63,651 nucleotides of DNA, filler included, from Deltaproteobacteria bacterium (GCA_030698575.1; 13 parts of 13 records of this genome joined end to end with filler, not necessarily neighbours in it), one strand, 5' to 3'. Positions 12,701-22,654 are shown, counted from the first letter of the whole stretch. The notes: generated by a model not told the origin, from the letters alone. Made by a program: numbers and translations.

Positions 12701-14636
12701 CGAGCGCCAGAGGGTTCTCCATGCTCCTTCCCCGCCCGATGAAACAAGTCCGGTCGGTCTCGTAGCCTGTAGCCGCGACCGCAACTTGCGGAGAGTCCGC
12801 CAGCGCCAAGACGTGGCCGGCCCAGACCAGGGGGTCCTGCGTCGAGCGAGGCTTGCGCCGGGCGAGAAGAGCCCCCGGGGCGGGGAGGAACTCGGTCTCA
12901 ACGAAGAGCTTGCTGAAGGCCGGATGGGCCAGGTCCGCGCCGTGGGGGGCTAGCGACAGCTCGACGTAGCTCGTCACCTGGAGGCGACGCCGCCGGTTCG
13001 AGTGGTTGGCAAGCGTCAGGTGGCGGACCTCGACGGCGTCCTCCGGAGAGACCGCAATCTCTGTCGTCACGTCGATCCCGAAGTCGCGCCGCTCGAACTC
13101 GGCCCGGCCGGGGATGAGCCTGGCCTCGTAACGGGATGCAGGCCTCCTGGTCGGCTGATAGGTGGCCGACCACAACGTGTCACGGTCCAGGTCTCTGATG
13201 TAAAAGAACATACCATAGGGGTCGAGCGTGGTGTCTGCTCGCCAGCGCGTGATGTCCATGTCGCGCCAGCGGCTGAAGCCGCCTCCCGTCGAAGTCACCA
13301 TCACGGTGTATGCGCCGTTCCCGAGCAGGAGCGTCGCCGGAGCCAGGGCGTCGATAGGAGCCGTTGGCTCGACCGGACGGGCCACCGGCAGCCTGGCGGG
13401 GGCCTCACCGCGCTCGGTCGCCTTCACCAGCAGGGGCGCCACAGGAATTCGCTCGAAGAGGAGTGGCTCGACGGACTGGACCCGCCGGTCGGCATGGAAC
13501 CGGCGCTGCATGACTGCGGAGTTCAGCACGTTGTCAAGCGCTAGCAGCGTCATGCCCTGATGATGAGCCATGTAAGTGCGTACGACCACGCCGTGATGGC
13601 CCTTCGGTTGGCGCCGCCGCGTATAGTCGATCGATTCGAAGTAGCCGTAGGCGCCACACAGTCCCAGGCGGCCGAGCCTCTTGAGGTTCGCCAGCGCCGC
13701 GGCGGGATTGGCCATCAAAGCCAGTGCACTGGCGTAGGGCGCCACGACCAGGTCGTCGGCGAGCCCCCGTTTTAGCCCGAGGCCTGGCGCCCCAAAAGCC
13801 TGGTACTGGTAGACTTTGTTGGCGTCGACGGCGGCGAAGGCGCACTCAGACATGCCCCAAGGGACGCCCTGCTCCAGCCCGTAGTCGATCTGGAGCCCGA
13901 CCGCCTCCCGGTAGGCCTCGTCGAGGAGCGTGTGCCGGTAGCTACGGGTCAGGAGCACCGGCATCAGGTACTCGAACATCGTCCCGCTCCACGAGAATAG
14001 CACCCGGTGACCCTGGGCCGACCCGAAGAAGCGTCCCAAGGCGAACCAGTGCTCGCCCGGCACGTCTCCCCGGGCGATCGCCACCAGGCTCGCCAGTCGG
14101 GCCTCACTGGCAAGGAGGTCGTAATATGACGAGTCGAACTGTCCGCTCCCGACGTTGTACCCGATGGTGAACAACCGGCGTTTCGGCTCGTAGAGGAAGC
14201 GCATGTTCATGGCGTCAGCAAGGCGCTCCACTCGGGCGATCAGCCTCTCGACCCGTTCCACGAAATCATCAGTCACCGGCAGGGACGCCGAGGCCTCCGC
14301 ACCAGGAGTCTTGAGGACGCCGGCCGGGGAGCCACGGACAGCGGCGGCAAGCCAGGCCGTCACCTGGCGCTCGACCTGAGCCGCCCAGTAGCCGGCGTTG
14401 GCGCCCGCGGCGCTATGGCCAGGCGGGGTGAGTGGGTCTTCCCGAAGCCCGTCGGTGAGTTCCCGCGCGGGCCCAGCGGCCGCTCGCAGACGTCCAATAA
14501 TCCCTTCACGCTGGTCTGGCGGGTTGGCGAAGAGCCTTATGAGGTCTCGCACGGCGTCCTCGATCACGCCAACGCCGGCATTCCTGGGGTGCTCCGAGGC
14601 CGGCCCTACACCGAAAGTGACGAGCGCCAGCGTGTC
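9776..14636 (-). CDS. Cyclic beta-1,2-glucan synthase/phosphorylase (NdvB/Cgs-like, glucoamylase-like plus GH94 domains), truncated at both ends
   Basis: YDLLASEARL, SWSGTMFEYLMP, YQSGGAVGFRDQLQD, GDWNDG, GVRENGGQFTH, GWTWYTG; frame open across the contig. Confidence 0.93.
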
Positions 14637-14861
14637 NNNNNNNNNNNNNNNNNNNNNNNNNNNNNNNNNNNNNNNNNNNNTTAATTAATTAANNNNNNNN
14701 NNNNNNNNNNNNNNNNNNNNNNNNNNNNNNNNNNNNCGAAAAGTGGGGGTTTGCGGGTACGGAATAGTCGCGCCAACGGTCTTCCACCAAACTTTCATTT
14801 TGGTATCATGCCCGCGCCCGACGGCGCTGCTCGCCGAGTTAGTCCCTCCGAGGAGTCCGAC

Positions 14862-15407
14862 ATGACGAACGTTTCGACCGAGACCCGGGCGGCCTCTTCT
14901 GACGAAGCCGCCGCGCGAGCACATGACCTCGCGGTCATCATCGAACACGGTGTCGTTGCGGGGATGATCGGCGCTGCCGTCGTCGCTATCTGGTTCCTGC
15001 TGTTCGACGTCCTGCTCAGGGAGGCGTTCTACACGCCGTCGCTCATCGGCAGTGTCATCTTCCAGGACCTCGACGTCCATCTGGTCACGGGCGTGAACAC
15101 CAGCATGGTGTTCGCCTACTCCGGCCTCCACGGCGCCGCGTTCCTGATTGCGGGCACGGTGCTTGCATGGATGTTCTCGCTCGTCGAGCGCAACCCGCAG
15201 TTCGGACTCGTGCTCGTGCTCCTTTTTCTTCTTTTTCAATCGGTAATCTTCGGCTTCGAGGCCGCGATCGTTCCCAATCTGGTGGGCGCCCTTGGCGCAT
15301 GGGCCGTCGCCATGGCGAATCTTCTCTCGGCCGTTGCGATGTTCTGGTTCCTGCTGCGTCGCCGCCCGCGCGCGATGGCTCGCCTTCGCGAAAGCTGGGA
15401 AGAGTAG
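14862..15407 (+). CDS. Hypothetical integral membrane protein
   Basis: GAGGAG before ATG 14862; about 4 hydrophobic segments; first gene of the oxidase operon. Confidence 0.75.
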   Translation: MTNVSTETRAASSDEAAARAHDLAVIIEHGVVAGMIGAAVVAIWFLLFDVLLREAFYTPSLIGSVIFQDLDVHLVTGVNTSMVFAYSGLHGAAFLIAGTVLAWMFSLVERNPQFGLVLVLLFLLFQSVIFGFEAAIVPNLVGALGAWAVAMANLLSAVAMFWFLLRRRPRAMARLRESWEE

Positions 15408-15421
15408 GGAGATAGTCCTTT

Positions 15422-16129
15422 ATGGAGAACTGGCTTCCCGAGGCCGCATCCAGCTACGCAGCCGACCTTGACGGGCTGCTGATCTTCATCAGCGCCATCG
15501 TGGGCGTCTGGTTCATCCTCGCCGAGGCAGTGCTGATCGGGTTTGCGGTGGCCTTCCGGCGAAAGCCCGGCCAGAAGGCCGCCTACCTGCCCGGGCGGTC
15601 GCTGCGAGCCATGTCCTGGGTCCTGGTTCCGTGCGTGGTCGTCCTGGGATTCGACCTCGTCATCGACGGTGTGGCCGCGCCCATCTGGGACAAGGTGAAG
15701 ATCGAGATTCCCGAGTCGGACGAGATCGTGCGGATCACGGCTGTGCAATGGGCCTGGAAGTTCACCCTGCCCGGCCCCGACGGCGAGCTTGGCAGCGATG
15801 ATGACGTCGACGTCATGAGCGAGCTGCACGTCCCCGTCGGGAAGGTCGTCGAATTCGAGCTCACCGCCAACGACGTTATTCACTCGCTCTTCGTCCCCCA
15901 GCTCCGCCTCAAGCAGGACGCCATCCCCGGCCGGGTGATCAAGGGGTGGTTCGAGGCCACCAAAACCGGCACCTTTGAGATCGTCTGCGCGGAGATCTGC
16001 GGCCTGGGCCACACGATCATGAAGGGGAAGATGGTCATCGAGAGCGAGGAGGCATACAGCGACTGGGTAAAGTCAAAGATGCCGGAAGCAGCCGCATCGA
16101 TCCCTGCTGAGGAGAGAAACGAAGGATGA
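15422..16129 (+). CDS. coxB: Cytochrome c oxidase subunit II (CuA)
   Basis: Two TM helices, QWAW, DVIHS and CAEICGLGHTIM CuA motif. Confidence 0.95.
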   Translation: MENWLPEAASSYAADLDGLLIFISAIVGVWFILAEAVLIGFAVAFRRKPGQKAAYLPGRSLRAMSWVLVPCVVVLGFDLVIDGVAAPIWDKVKIEIPESDEIVRITAVQWAWKFTLPGPDGELGSDDDVDVMSELHVPVGKVVEFELTANDVIHSLFVPQLRLKQDAIPGRVIKGWFEATKTGTFEIVCAEICGLGHTIMKGKMVIESEEAYSDWVKSKMPEAAASIPAEERNEG

Positions 16130-17802
16130 GCACCGCAGCGATTGCGCACCCCAAGAGCTTCTGGCGGGAGTACGTTTTCTCGACCGATCACAAGACGATC
16201 GCGAAGCAGTACCTGTCCACGGGAATCTTCATGGCGCTCGTGGGCGGCCTGCTCGCCTACGTCATGCGGATGCAGCTGGCCTATCCCGGCCAGGCGATTC
16301 CGGGCTACGGCACCATCGACCCACAGAGCTACAACGCCGTTGTGACGATGCACGGGACGATCATGATCTTCTGGGTCGCCATGCCGATTCTCCTGGCGGC
16401 CTTCGGGAACTTCCTGATCCCCCTCATGATCGGCGCGGCCGACATGGCCTTTCCGCGCCTCAACATGCTCTCCTACTGGATCTTTTTCCTGAGCACGGTC
16501 GTGCTGCTCGCATCCTTCTTCGTGCCGGGCGGCGCGGCGGCGGGCGGCTGGACGAGCTACCCGCCGCTCTCGGGCAGCGCCGCATATTCAGGGGGCCAAT
16601 GGGGGGTGACACTCTGGCTTCTCGCCGTGGCGATGGAATTCGCGGCGTTCCTGATGGGCGGGATCAATTTCATCACAACCGCCATCAACAACCGCGCGCC
16701 CGGGATGAAGCTCTTCGACATGCCCCTCATGGTCTGGATGCAGCTCGGGGCCAGCATCATCTTCCTCTTCTCGGTCGGCCCGCTGATTGCCGGCGCGGTG
16801 ATGCTCATTCTTGACCGCGTGGCCGCCACGGGATTCTACAACCCCGCCACGGGCGGCGACCCGATTCTGTTCCAGCATCTCTTCTGGTTCTTCGGGCACC
16901 CGGAGGTATATGTCATCCTCCTCCCGGGGTTCGGCGCCGTGGCCGAGGTCCTGCCGGTCTTTTCGCGAAAGCCTTTCTTCGGCTACCGAATGATGGTCTA
17001 TGCGACCATCATCACCGGCGTGCTCTCCTTCATCGTCTGGGCCCATCACCAGTTCATCGCCGGAATTGATCCAAGGCTCGCCACCGCCTTCAGCATCACG
17101 ACGATCCTCATCTCGGTGCCGATTGCGGTGATGACCTTCGCCTTCATCGCGACGCTTTACAAGGGTTCCATAGAACTCAAGACACCGATGCTGTTCGCCC
17201 TGGGAACGCTCGTGGTCTTCCTGCTGGGCGGGGTCACGGGAATCCACCTCGGCACCGCAGCGACCGACATCTATCTGCACGACACCTATTTCGTCGTGGC
17301 CCATTTCCACTACACGCTGATCCCGCCCGTCTTTTTCGGGTTCTTCGCGGCCTGGTACTACTGGTTTCCCAAGATGTTCGGTCGAATGCTGAACGAGGGA
17401 CTCGGGAAGGCGCACTTCTGGCTCACCTTCATCTTCATGCACGTGACCTTCATTCCGATGTTCCTCCTCGGTTTCGGCGGGCACCACCGGCGCATCTCGA
17501 ACCCGCAGTTCTTCGAGGCCATGCAGGGCCCCGAAGCGGAGCGATTGCAGATTATCGCCACCGCGGGCGCCATCGGAATCCTCCTCTCTCAGATTCCCTT
17601 CGTCGTGAACTCCGTCCTGTCGCTGCTGCGCGGAGCGAAGGCGCCGGCGAACCCGTGGCAGGCGAACACGCTCGAGTGGACGGTCCCCTCGCCGCCCCCC
17701 CACGGCAACTTCGAGACGGTCCCGCAGGTCTACCGCGGGCCCTACGAGTACAGCGTGCCCGACCGCGTCGATGACTGGTTTCCCCAGGACGCCAAGGTCT
17801 GA
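16126..17802 (+). CDS. coxA: Heme-copper oxidase subunit I, A-family (K-channel residues substituted)
   Basis: TDHK, MHGT, DMAFPRLN, FGHPEVY, WAHH, AHFHY, RR; see findings. Confidence 0.95.
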   Translation: MSTAAIAHPKSFWREYVFSTDHKTIAKQYLSTGIFMALVGGLLAYVMRMQLAYPGQAIPGYGTIDPQSYNAVVTMHGTIMIFWVAMPILLAAFGNFLIPLMIGAADMAFPRLNMLSYWIFFLSTVVLLASFFVPGGAAAGGWTSYPPLSGSAAYSGGQWGVTLWLLAVAMEFAAFLMGGINFITTAINNRAPGMKLFDMPLMVWMQLGASIIFLFSVGPLIAGAVMLILDRVAATGFYNPATGGDPILFQHLFWFFGHPEVYVILLPGFGAVAEVLPVFSRKPFFGYRMMVYATIITGVLSFIVWAHHQFIAGIDPRLATAFSITTILISVPIAVMTFAFIATLYKGSIELKTPMLFALGTLVVFLLGGVTGIHLGTAATDIYLHDTYFVVAHFHYTLIPPVFFGFFAAWYYWFPKMFGRMLNEGLGKAHFWLTFIFMHVTFIPMFLLGFGGHHRRISNPQFFEAMQGPEAERLQIIATAGAIGILLSQIPFVVNSVLSLLRGAKAPANPWQANTLEWTVPSPPPHGNFETVPQVYRGPYEYSVPDRVDDWFPQDAKV

Positions 17803-17822
17803 GGCCGGGGCAGGAGAAACGA

Positions 17823-18404
17823 ATGGCCGAATATCCTCGCGCCGAGCACATCCTGAACGAGAGCACCGAGGTGCCGACGGGCCGGCTCGGAATCTGGTGG
17901 TTCCTGGCCTCGGAGGTCGTGATCTTCGGCGGCCTGATCGCCACCTACGTGCTCTTCCGGTGGCAGCACCCCGAATGGGCCGCCGAGGCATCCCATACCC
18001 TCAACTTCGCCGGGGCGCTGAACACCATGGTGCTGCTCACGAGCAGCCTCACCGTGGTGCTGGCCCACGCGGCGATTACTGAAGGGAAGTTTCAGCTAGC
18101 CGCTCGAAATCTCGGCTTCACGCTGCTCGGCGGGGCCATCTTCATGGGCGTGAAGGCCTACGAGTACAGCCACGAGATCGCCGCGGGCTTCGTTCCGGCA
18201 AGAAGCCTCTTCTGGTCTTTCTACTACACCATGACGGGACTTCACGCGCTGCACGTCCTGGGCGGCATGATCGCCATCGCGACCGTGCTCGTAGCCGTCC
18301 GCAAGGGTCATGCGCCCCAGCGGGTGGAGTACGTGGGACTCTACTGGCACTTCGTGGACATCGTGTGGATCTTCCTCTTTCCGCTTCTCTATCTGGCGAG
18401 CTGA
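17823..18404 (+). CDS. Cytochrome c oxidase subunit III family protein
   Basis: FLASE..FG, NTMVLLTSS, TGLHALHV, LYWHFVDIVWIFLF. Confidence 0.92.
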   Translation: MAEYPRAEHILNESTEVPTGRLGIWWFLASEVVIFGGLIATYVLFRWQHPEWAAEASHTLNFAGALNTMVLLTSSLTVVLAHAAITEGKFQLAARNLGFTLLGGAIFMGVKAYEYSHEIAAGFVPARSLFWSFYYTMTGLHALHVLGGMIAIATVLVAVRKGHAPQRVEYVGLYWHFVDIVWIFLFPLLYLAS

Positions 18405-18416
18405 CGGGGAATTGAC

Positions 18417-18728
18417 ATGACGCAGAATACGGCTTCGGTCGAGCACGGCCATCCCAATTACGTGGCCATCTGGGGCATTCTCGTTGGCGCGCTCCTGGTG
18501 TCGCTGCTCATGGGATTCATCCAGCTTCCCGTGGTTACGGTCGTCCTCATCTTCTCGATCGCGGCCGTGAAAGCCTACCTGGTGTTGAACTACTTCATGC
18601 ATCTCAAGGCCGAACCCTTCTTCGTCGTGGTGATCGTCGTGGCCGGGCTCGCCTGCCTCTACTTTCTCTTCTTCGGCCTCGTGCCGGACATCGTTTTCTC
18701 TCCCGACAAGCTGAGGGCAGAGCATTGA
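18417..18728 (+). CDS. Prokaryotic cytochrome c oxidase subunit IV
   Basis: KAYLVLNYFMHL signature, three TM helices. Confidence 0.88.
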   Translation: MTQNTASVEHGHPNYVAIWGILVGALLVSLLMGFIQLPVVTVVLIFSIAAVKAYLVLNYFMHLKAEPFFVVVIVVAGLACLYFLFFGLVPDIVFSPDKLRAEH

Positions 18729-19309
18729 GCAGCACGGGGACGCCCGTCGCCCGGAGCGAGGTCATCGTCCCGAGTCGCGTGCTCGGCATGGCGCTCTTCA
18801 TCGCGACGGAGGCGCTGTTCTTTGCGGGCCTTATCAGCGCCTTTGTCGTTCTGCGCGCCCAGGCCATCGATTGGCCGCCCGCGGGACAGCCGCGGCTCCC
18901 CATCGGCGTGACGGGTTTCAACACGCTCGTTTTGCTGGCAAGCGCCTGGACGATGCAGCAGGCCGCAGCGACGCTCAGGCGCGGCGAGCCGCAAGTGCGC
19001 CGGCTCATCATGATCACCGCTGCTTTGGGCGCCCTCTTCGTGGGGATCCAGGGTTACGAATGGGTGAACCTCGTTCGCTATGGCCTGACAACCGGCTCGA
19101 GCCTCTACGGCGCGACCTTCTACACCATCGTGGGGGCGCACGGCCTCCACGTGCTGGCGGCCGTTATCTCACTCATCGCGGCGGCGCTCATCGCGCCGGC
19201 CCGGTCGCGGGAGGGGACCGACAGGACCTGGCTCGATCCCTTCCGCATGTACTGGTTCTTCGTGGCCGGCGTCTGGCCGGTTCTCTACGTCCTGGTGTAC
19301 CTGTCATGA
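18725..19309 (+). CDS. Second cytochrome c oxidase subunit III-like protein
   Basis: FIATE..FFAG, NTLVLLAS, GAHGLHV, YWFFV; TTG start overlaps previous stop. Confidence 0.87.
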   Translation: MSSTGTPVARSEVIVPSRVLGMALFIATEALFFAGLISAFVVLRAQAIDWPPAGQPRLPIGVTGFNTLVLLASAWTMQQAAATLRRGEPQVRRLIMITAALGALFVGIQGYEWVNLVRYGLTTGSSLYGATFYTIVGAHGLHVLAAVISLIAAALIAPARSREGTDRTWLDPFRMYWFFVAGVWPVLYVLVYLS

Positions 19310-19593
19310 ATCGAATTGTCGGCGATCGAAGCACGGGACGGTTGCGGCGGGCACTTCGCGCGCTGCCGCTTCTCGCGGCGCCACTCCTGGCGCCACGCGC
19401 GGCGCTGGCCTGCGCCGTCTGTTTCGATCTGACGAGCCGCGCCCGCGACGCCTATTACGGCACGACCATTCTCCTGATCCTCCTTCCCTTCGGGATCCTG
19501 GGAGGGCTCATCTACTGGCTGGTCCGGGCAACCCGCCGGCAATCATCCGCCGACGGCGGCGCGCCTGTCGGTGGCGATCCTCGCCGGATCTGA
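19306..19593 (+). CDS. Small membrane protein with CxxC after signal peptide
   Basis: ATGA overlap; ALA-CAVCF followed by one TM helix. Confidence 0.65.
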   Translation: MNRIVGDRSTGRLRRALRALPLLAAPLLAPRAALACAVCFDLTSRARDAYYGTTILLILLPFGILGGLIYWLVRATRRQSSADGGAPVGGDPRRI

Positions 19594-19678
19594 GCCGCGC
19601 GCGGCGACCCTCCGGTCGTAAGTCAGTTGACGCCAGTCTTTATTTTCGCCTTCGGAAGCGCGTCAGTCCGGCGCCTCC

Positions 19679-19699
19679 CACCTGTCATTGCGAGGAGCG
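19679..19699. repeat. Partial copy of the REP-like element at a contig end
   Basis: CACCTGTCATTGCGAGGAGCG identical to 9572-9592. Confidence 0.8.
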
Positions 19700-19853
19700 G
19701 TANNNNNNNNNNNNNNNNNNNNNNNNNNNNNNNNNNNNNNNNNNNNTTAATTAATTAANNNNNNNNNNNNNNNNNNNNNNNNNNNNNNNNNNNNNNNNNN
19801 NNGCGTCAAGCGCCGTAGCGCCGCTACCTGCTCGTCAGGCAGCCGATCGCTCA

Positions 19854-20771
19854 TCAGTGCGCACCCCGAAGCGCGTTCACGACTGCGGAAACGCTCAAAC
19901 CGTGAGCGCCCAGCACATCGGCGTGCGAGCCGTGCAAGTGCACGAAGGCGTCTCTCAGAGAGAGACAGCGCAAGCTGCATGTGGCGTCGCTTTCCCAGGC
20001 GATTGCCTTAACCGCATCGCCCAGCCCGCCGCGAGGGACCATCTCTTCGATCACGACAACGCGCGGATACCTGGCGAGCACACGCGCGATGCCTTGCGCA
20101 TCCAGCGGCTTGAGCGTGTGGACCGACGCCACGCCGACCGACATCTCACCGTCAAGCGCTTCTGCTGCGTCCATTCCAAGTTTCAGGATCGGCCCGTAGC
20201 CGAGCACACAGGCGTCCGAACCTTCGCGCAGCATGCGGATCTTCCCGAACTCGAACGCCTGCGCATCGGCGCTTATGACGGGCTCGCCGGCCTTCCCCAG
20301 CCGCAGGTACACCGGCCCATCGTTCTGAGAGGCGCACCATTGCGTCGCGGCGCGCGTCTCCTGCGGGTCGCATGGGGCGATCACCCGCATGTTCGGCAGG
20401 GATGACGCGACCGCTACATCCTCCACTGCCTGATGCGTGCCGCCGAGAGTGGAATACGCGACGCCGGCACCGACACCGACGACTGTTACCGGAAGCTCCT
20501 GATAGCACAGATCGTCGCGGATGAACTCATAGGGCCTGAAAAGCGAGAACGTGGCAATCGAGTACGCGAACGGGCGCAGGCCGCGCATCGCCATGCCGGC
20601 GCACATGCCGATCATCACCTGCTCGGCAACTCCGGTATTGACGAAGCGCGCCGGGTAGTCGCGGCGCAACTTTTCCATCGACCCGGCGGGCGAGATGTCT
20701 GCGACCACGACGCACAGGCGCGGGTCATGCTTTGCGGCCTCGTAGATCGTCTCGGCGAAGGTGTTACGCAT
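19854..20771 (-). CDS. Transketolase, pyrimidine-binding/C-terminal subunit
   Basis: NTGVAEQVMIG, STLGGTHQ, GPVYLRLGK, TLKPLD, IEE motifs. Confidence 0.92.
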   Translation of the reverse strand: MRNTFAETIYEAAKHDPRLCVVVADISPAGSMEKLRRDYPARFVNTGVAEQVMIGMCAGMAMRGLRPFAYSIATFSLFRPYEFIRDDLCYQELPVTVVGVGAGVAYSTLGGTHQAVEDVAVASSLPNMRVIAPCDPQETRAATQWCASQNDGPVYLRLGKAGEPVISADAQAFEFGKIRMLREGSDACVLGYGPILKLGMDAAEALDGEMSVGVASVHTLKPLDAQGIARVLARYPRVVVIEEMVPRGGLGDAVKAIAWESDATCSLRCLSLRDAFVHLHGSHADVLGAHGLSVSAVVNALRGAH

Positions 20772-21756
20772 TCGCCTCCAATTCCCGCAACGCCTGCCGA
20801 TACTCCTCGGCGTTCGGCGAGCGGTAGTGCCAGATCGGAGCGTTTTCCATGTAGGAAACGCCCTTGCCCTTCACGGTCCCGCACACCACTGCAAACGGCA
20901 GGCCGCCGCAGCGCCCGGCGAGCGCCGATTGCAGCGACGCGAGCTCGTGACCGTTCGCTCTGCGCGCCTCCCAGCCGAATGCCCCGAATTTCTCCGCAAT
21001 CGGGTACACCGCAGGGTGCGCCTCGCTCAAGCGCTCTAGCCCGCCGAAATCGTTGAGGTCGACGAACACCGCCAGATTCGTGAGTCCGAGGTTCGCCGCC
21101 ATCTGCACGGCCTCCCAGGTCGAGCCCTCCTGCAGCTCGCCGTCGGACATCACCACGTAGACGTTGCAATCCTCGCCCTTGATCCGTGCCGCATAGGCCA
21201 TGCCAACGGCGAGGCCGAGGCCATGTCCGAGCGATCCGGTCGACGCCACGATGCCGGGCGTGCCGCGGTCAGGGTGCGCGCCGAGCGTCCCCGCCGTCGT
21301 GCAATAACGGTCCATCTCCTCCCTCGGGATCACGCCGCGATCCTCAAGCACCGCGTACTGCGCGATGCAACCGTGGCCCTTAGACATCAGGAAAACGTCA
21401 GCCGGCCGCATGAGCGCCGAATAGACGTAATCGGTGATCTCCAGGCACGAAAACGCGGGCGCGATATGCAGCGCGGACACCCGCTGCGAGATATCGAGGA
21501 TGCGCCGCCGATATCGCGCGCAGCGCTTGGCGGCCATCGCCCCCTGCACTGCGGCGTGATCCACGTCTGTGAGCAGCGTCGGCTTGCCATTGAGCCGGAT
21601 CAGCGTGCCCCAGCCGAAGCGCCCCGCGTAGGGCTCGGCCGTGATTCCGAGCCCGCCCGCGTTCTCCAGAACCTCTTCGATGCTCGCCACCTCCACGACG
21701 CGCTCTGACTCCTCGTCGAAGCAGAGCTCGGACGCCGCAGGGCGTATCCTCGCCAT
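20764..21756 (-). CDS. Transketolase, TPP-binding N-terminal subunit with a 73-aa extension
   Basis: SKGHG, AHP, STGSLGHG, SDGELQEGSTWEA, TVKGKGVSYME..WH; alternative start at 21537. Confidence 0.9.
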   Translation of the reverse strand: MARIRPAASELCFDEESERVVEVASIEEVLENAGGLGITAEPYAGRFGWGTLIRLNGKPTLLTDVDHAAVQGAMAAKRCARYRRRILDISQRVSALHIAPAFSCLEITDYVYSALMRPADVFLMSKGHGCIAQYAVLEDRGVIPREEMDRYCTTAGTLGAHPDRGTPGIVASTGSLGHGLGLAVGMAYAARIKGEDCNVYVVMSDGELQEGSTWEAVQMAANLGLTNLAVFVDLNDFGGLERLSEAHPAVYPIAEKFGAFGWEARRANGHELASLQSALAGRCGGLPFAVVCGTVKGKGVSYMENAPIWHYRSPNAEEYRQALRELEANA

Positions 21757-22040
21757 CAGCAGATTTCCGGTAGATATGGCAGTAACCTGCGCGTCGCAGG
21801 GGCAATGTAGAACTTGGAAAAGTCGTCCAGCGACAGGAACCGGGAGTCCGACGGAACTTCCATCACCGCCTCTGCTCCCCTAAACCGCAGGGTGATTTCC
21901 TCCAACTCCAGATCGCCGACCCATCGACTACGCGCGGACACTTCCTTGTCGACCTGAGCGATGCCGTCGTCCGTATGGCGTTTGCAAAGCAGCAACACCG
22001 CCTCGCGCCTGACGGTTTCTAGTGCGAGCGGCGTACTCAT
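21756..22040 (-). CDS. Hypothetical phage protein
   Basis: 94-aa ORF with TGATG overlaps at both ends. Confidence 0.65.
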   Translation of the reverse strand: MSTPLALETVRREAVLLLCKRHTDDGIAQVDKEVSARSRWVGDLELEEITLRFRGAEAVMEVPSDSRFLSLDDFSKFYIAPATRRLLPYLPEIC

Positions 22041-22654
22041 CAGGTCAGCTCGTGCTCTTTCGCCGGCGTCAGCGTCAGCGTGCCCGTGTCCTCGTCCAGC
22101 ACACGCCCGCGGGGCTGCCCTGACGCGACCAGGCGGAGGAGGTCGCCGGCCGCACCGAGCAGCCCCGCATCAATCCTGACGCTTACCTCACGCTCCACCT
22201 TCAGCGTGTTCCCGTAGCGCTGCCGGTCAAACTTTTCAGCCAGCCACTTGCGCGTCTCGATCTGCAACCGGCGGTGCTCGATCATGTCGCCCTCGGACAC
22301 CTCTAGCGAACCGTCCGGCCGCGTCTTCGTCTTGACGCCCTTCTCGGGAGTGTCCGCAATGTCGATCGCCTCCAGCGCCAAATCCGCCGCCCTCACCTTC
22401 AGCGCCGCGTCGTACAGGTCCGTATGCGTCGTCGTAAACCATTCCACAAACCGACCCTTCGGCACCGCCCACTGCTTCGCAATCTCCTTCAGCGACTCCC
22501 CATCGCACAACCGCTGAAAAATCACCGACGGCGCACCAGCGTCCGCCTTCACCACCTCCAGCCTCGCCATCGGACCGGGATCACCAACGGGCAGCGTCAT
22601 AACCCTCTCCACCGACGCGCCCGAAGCAGCTTGCTGACAACCCACTTCCGCCAC
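22040..22654 (-). CDS. Phage terminase small subunit (Sf6-like)
   Basis: IFQRLCDGESLKEIA HTH, EAIDIAD, RRLQIETRKWLAEK...YG pattern typical of this TerS family. Start uncertain. Confidence 0.8.
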   Translation of the reverse strand: MAEVGCQQAASGASVERVMTLPVGDPGPMARLEVVKADAGAPSVIFQRLCDGESLKEIAKQWAVPKGRFVEWFTTTHTDLYDAALKVRAADLALEAIDIADTPEKGVKTKTRPDGSLEVSEGDMIEHRRLQIETRKWLAEKFDRQRYGNTLKVEREVSVRIDAGLLGAAGDLLRLVASGQPRGRVLDEDTGTLTLTPAKEHELT

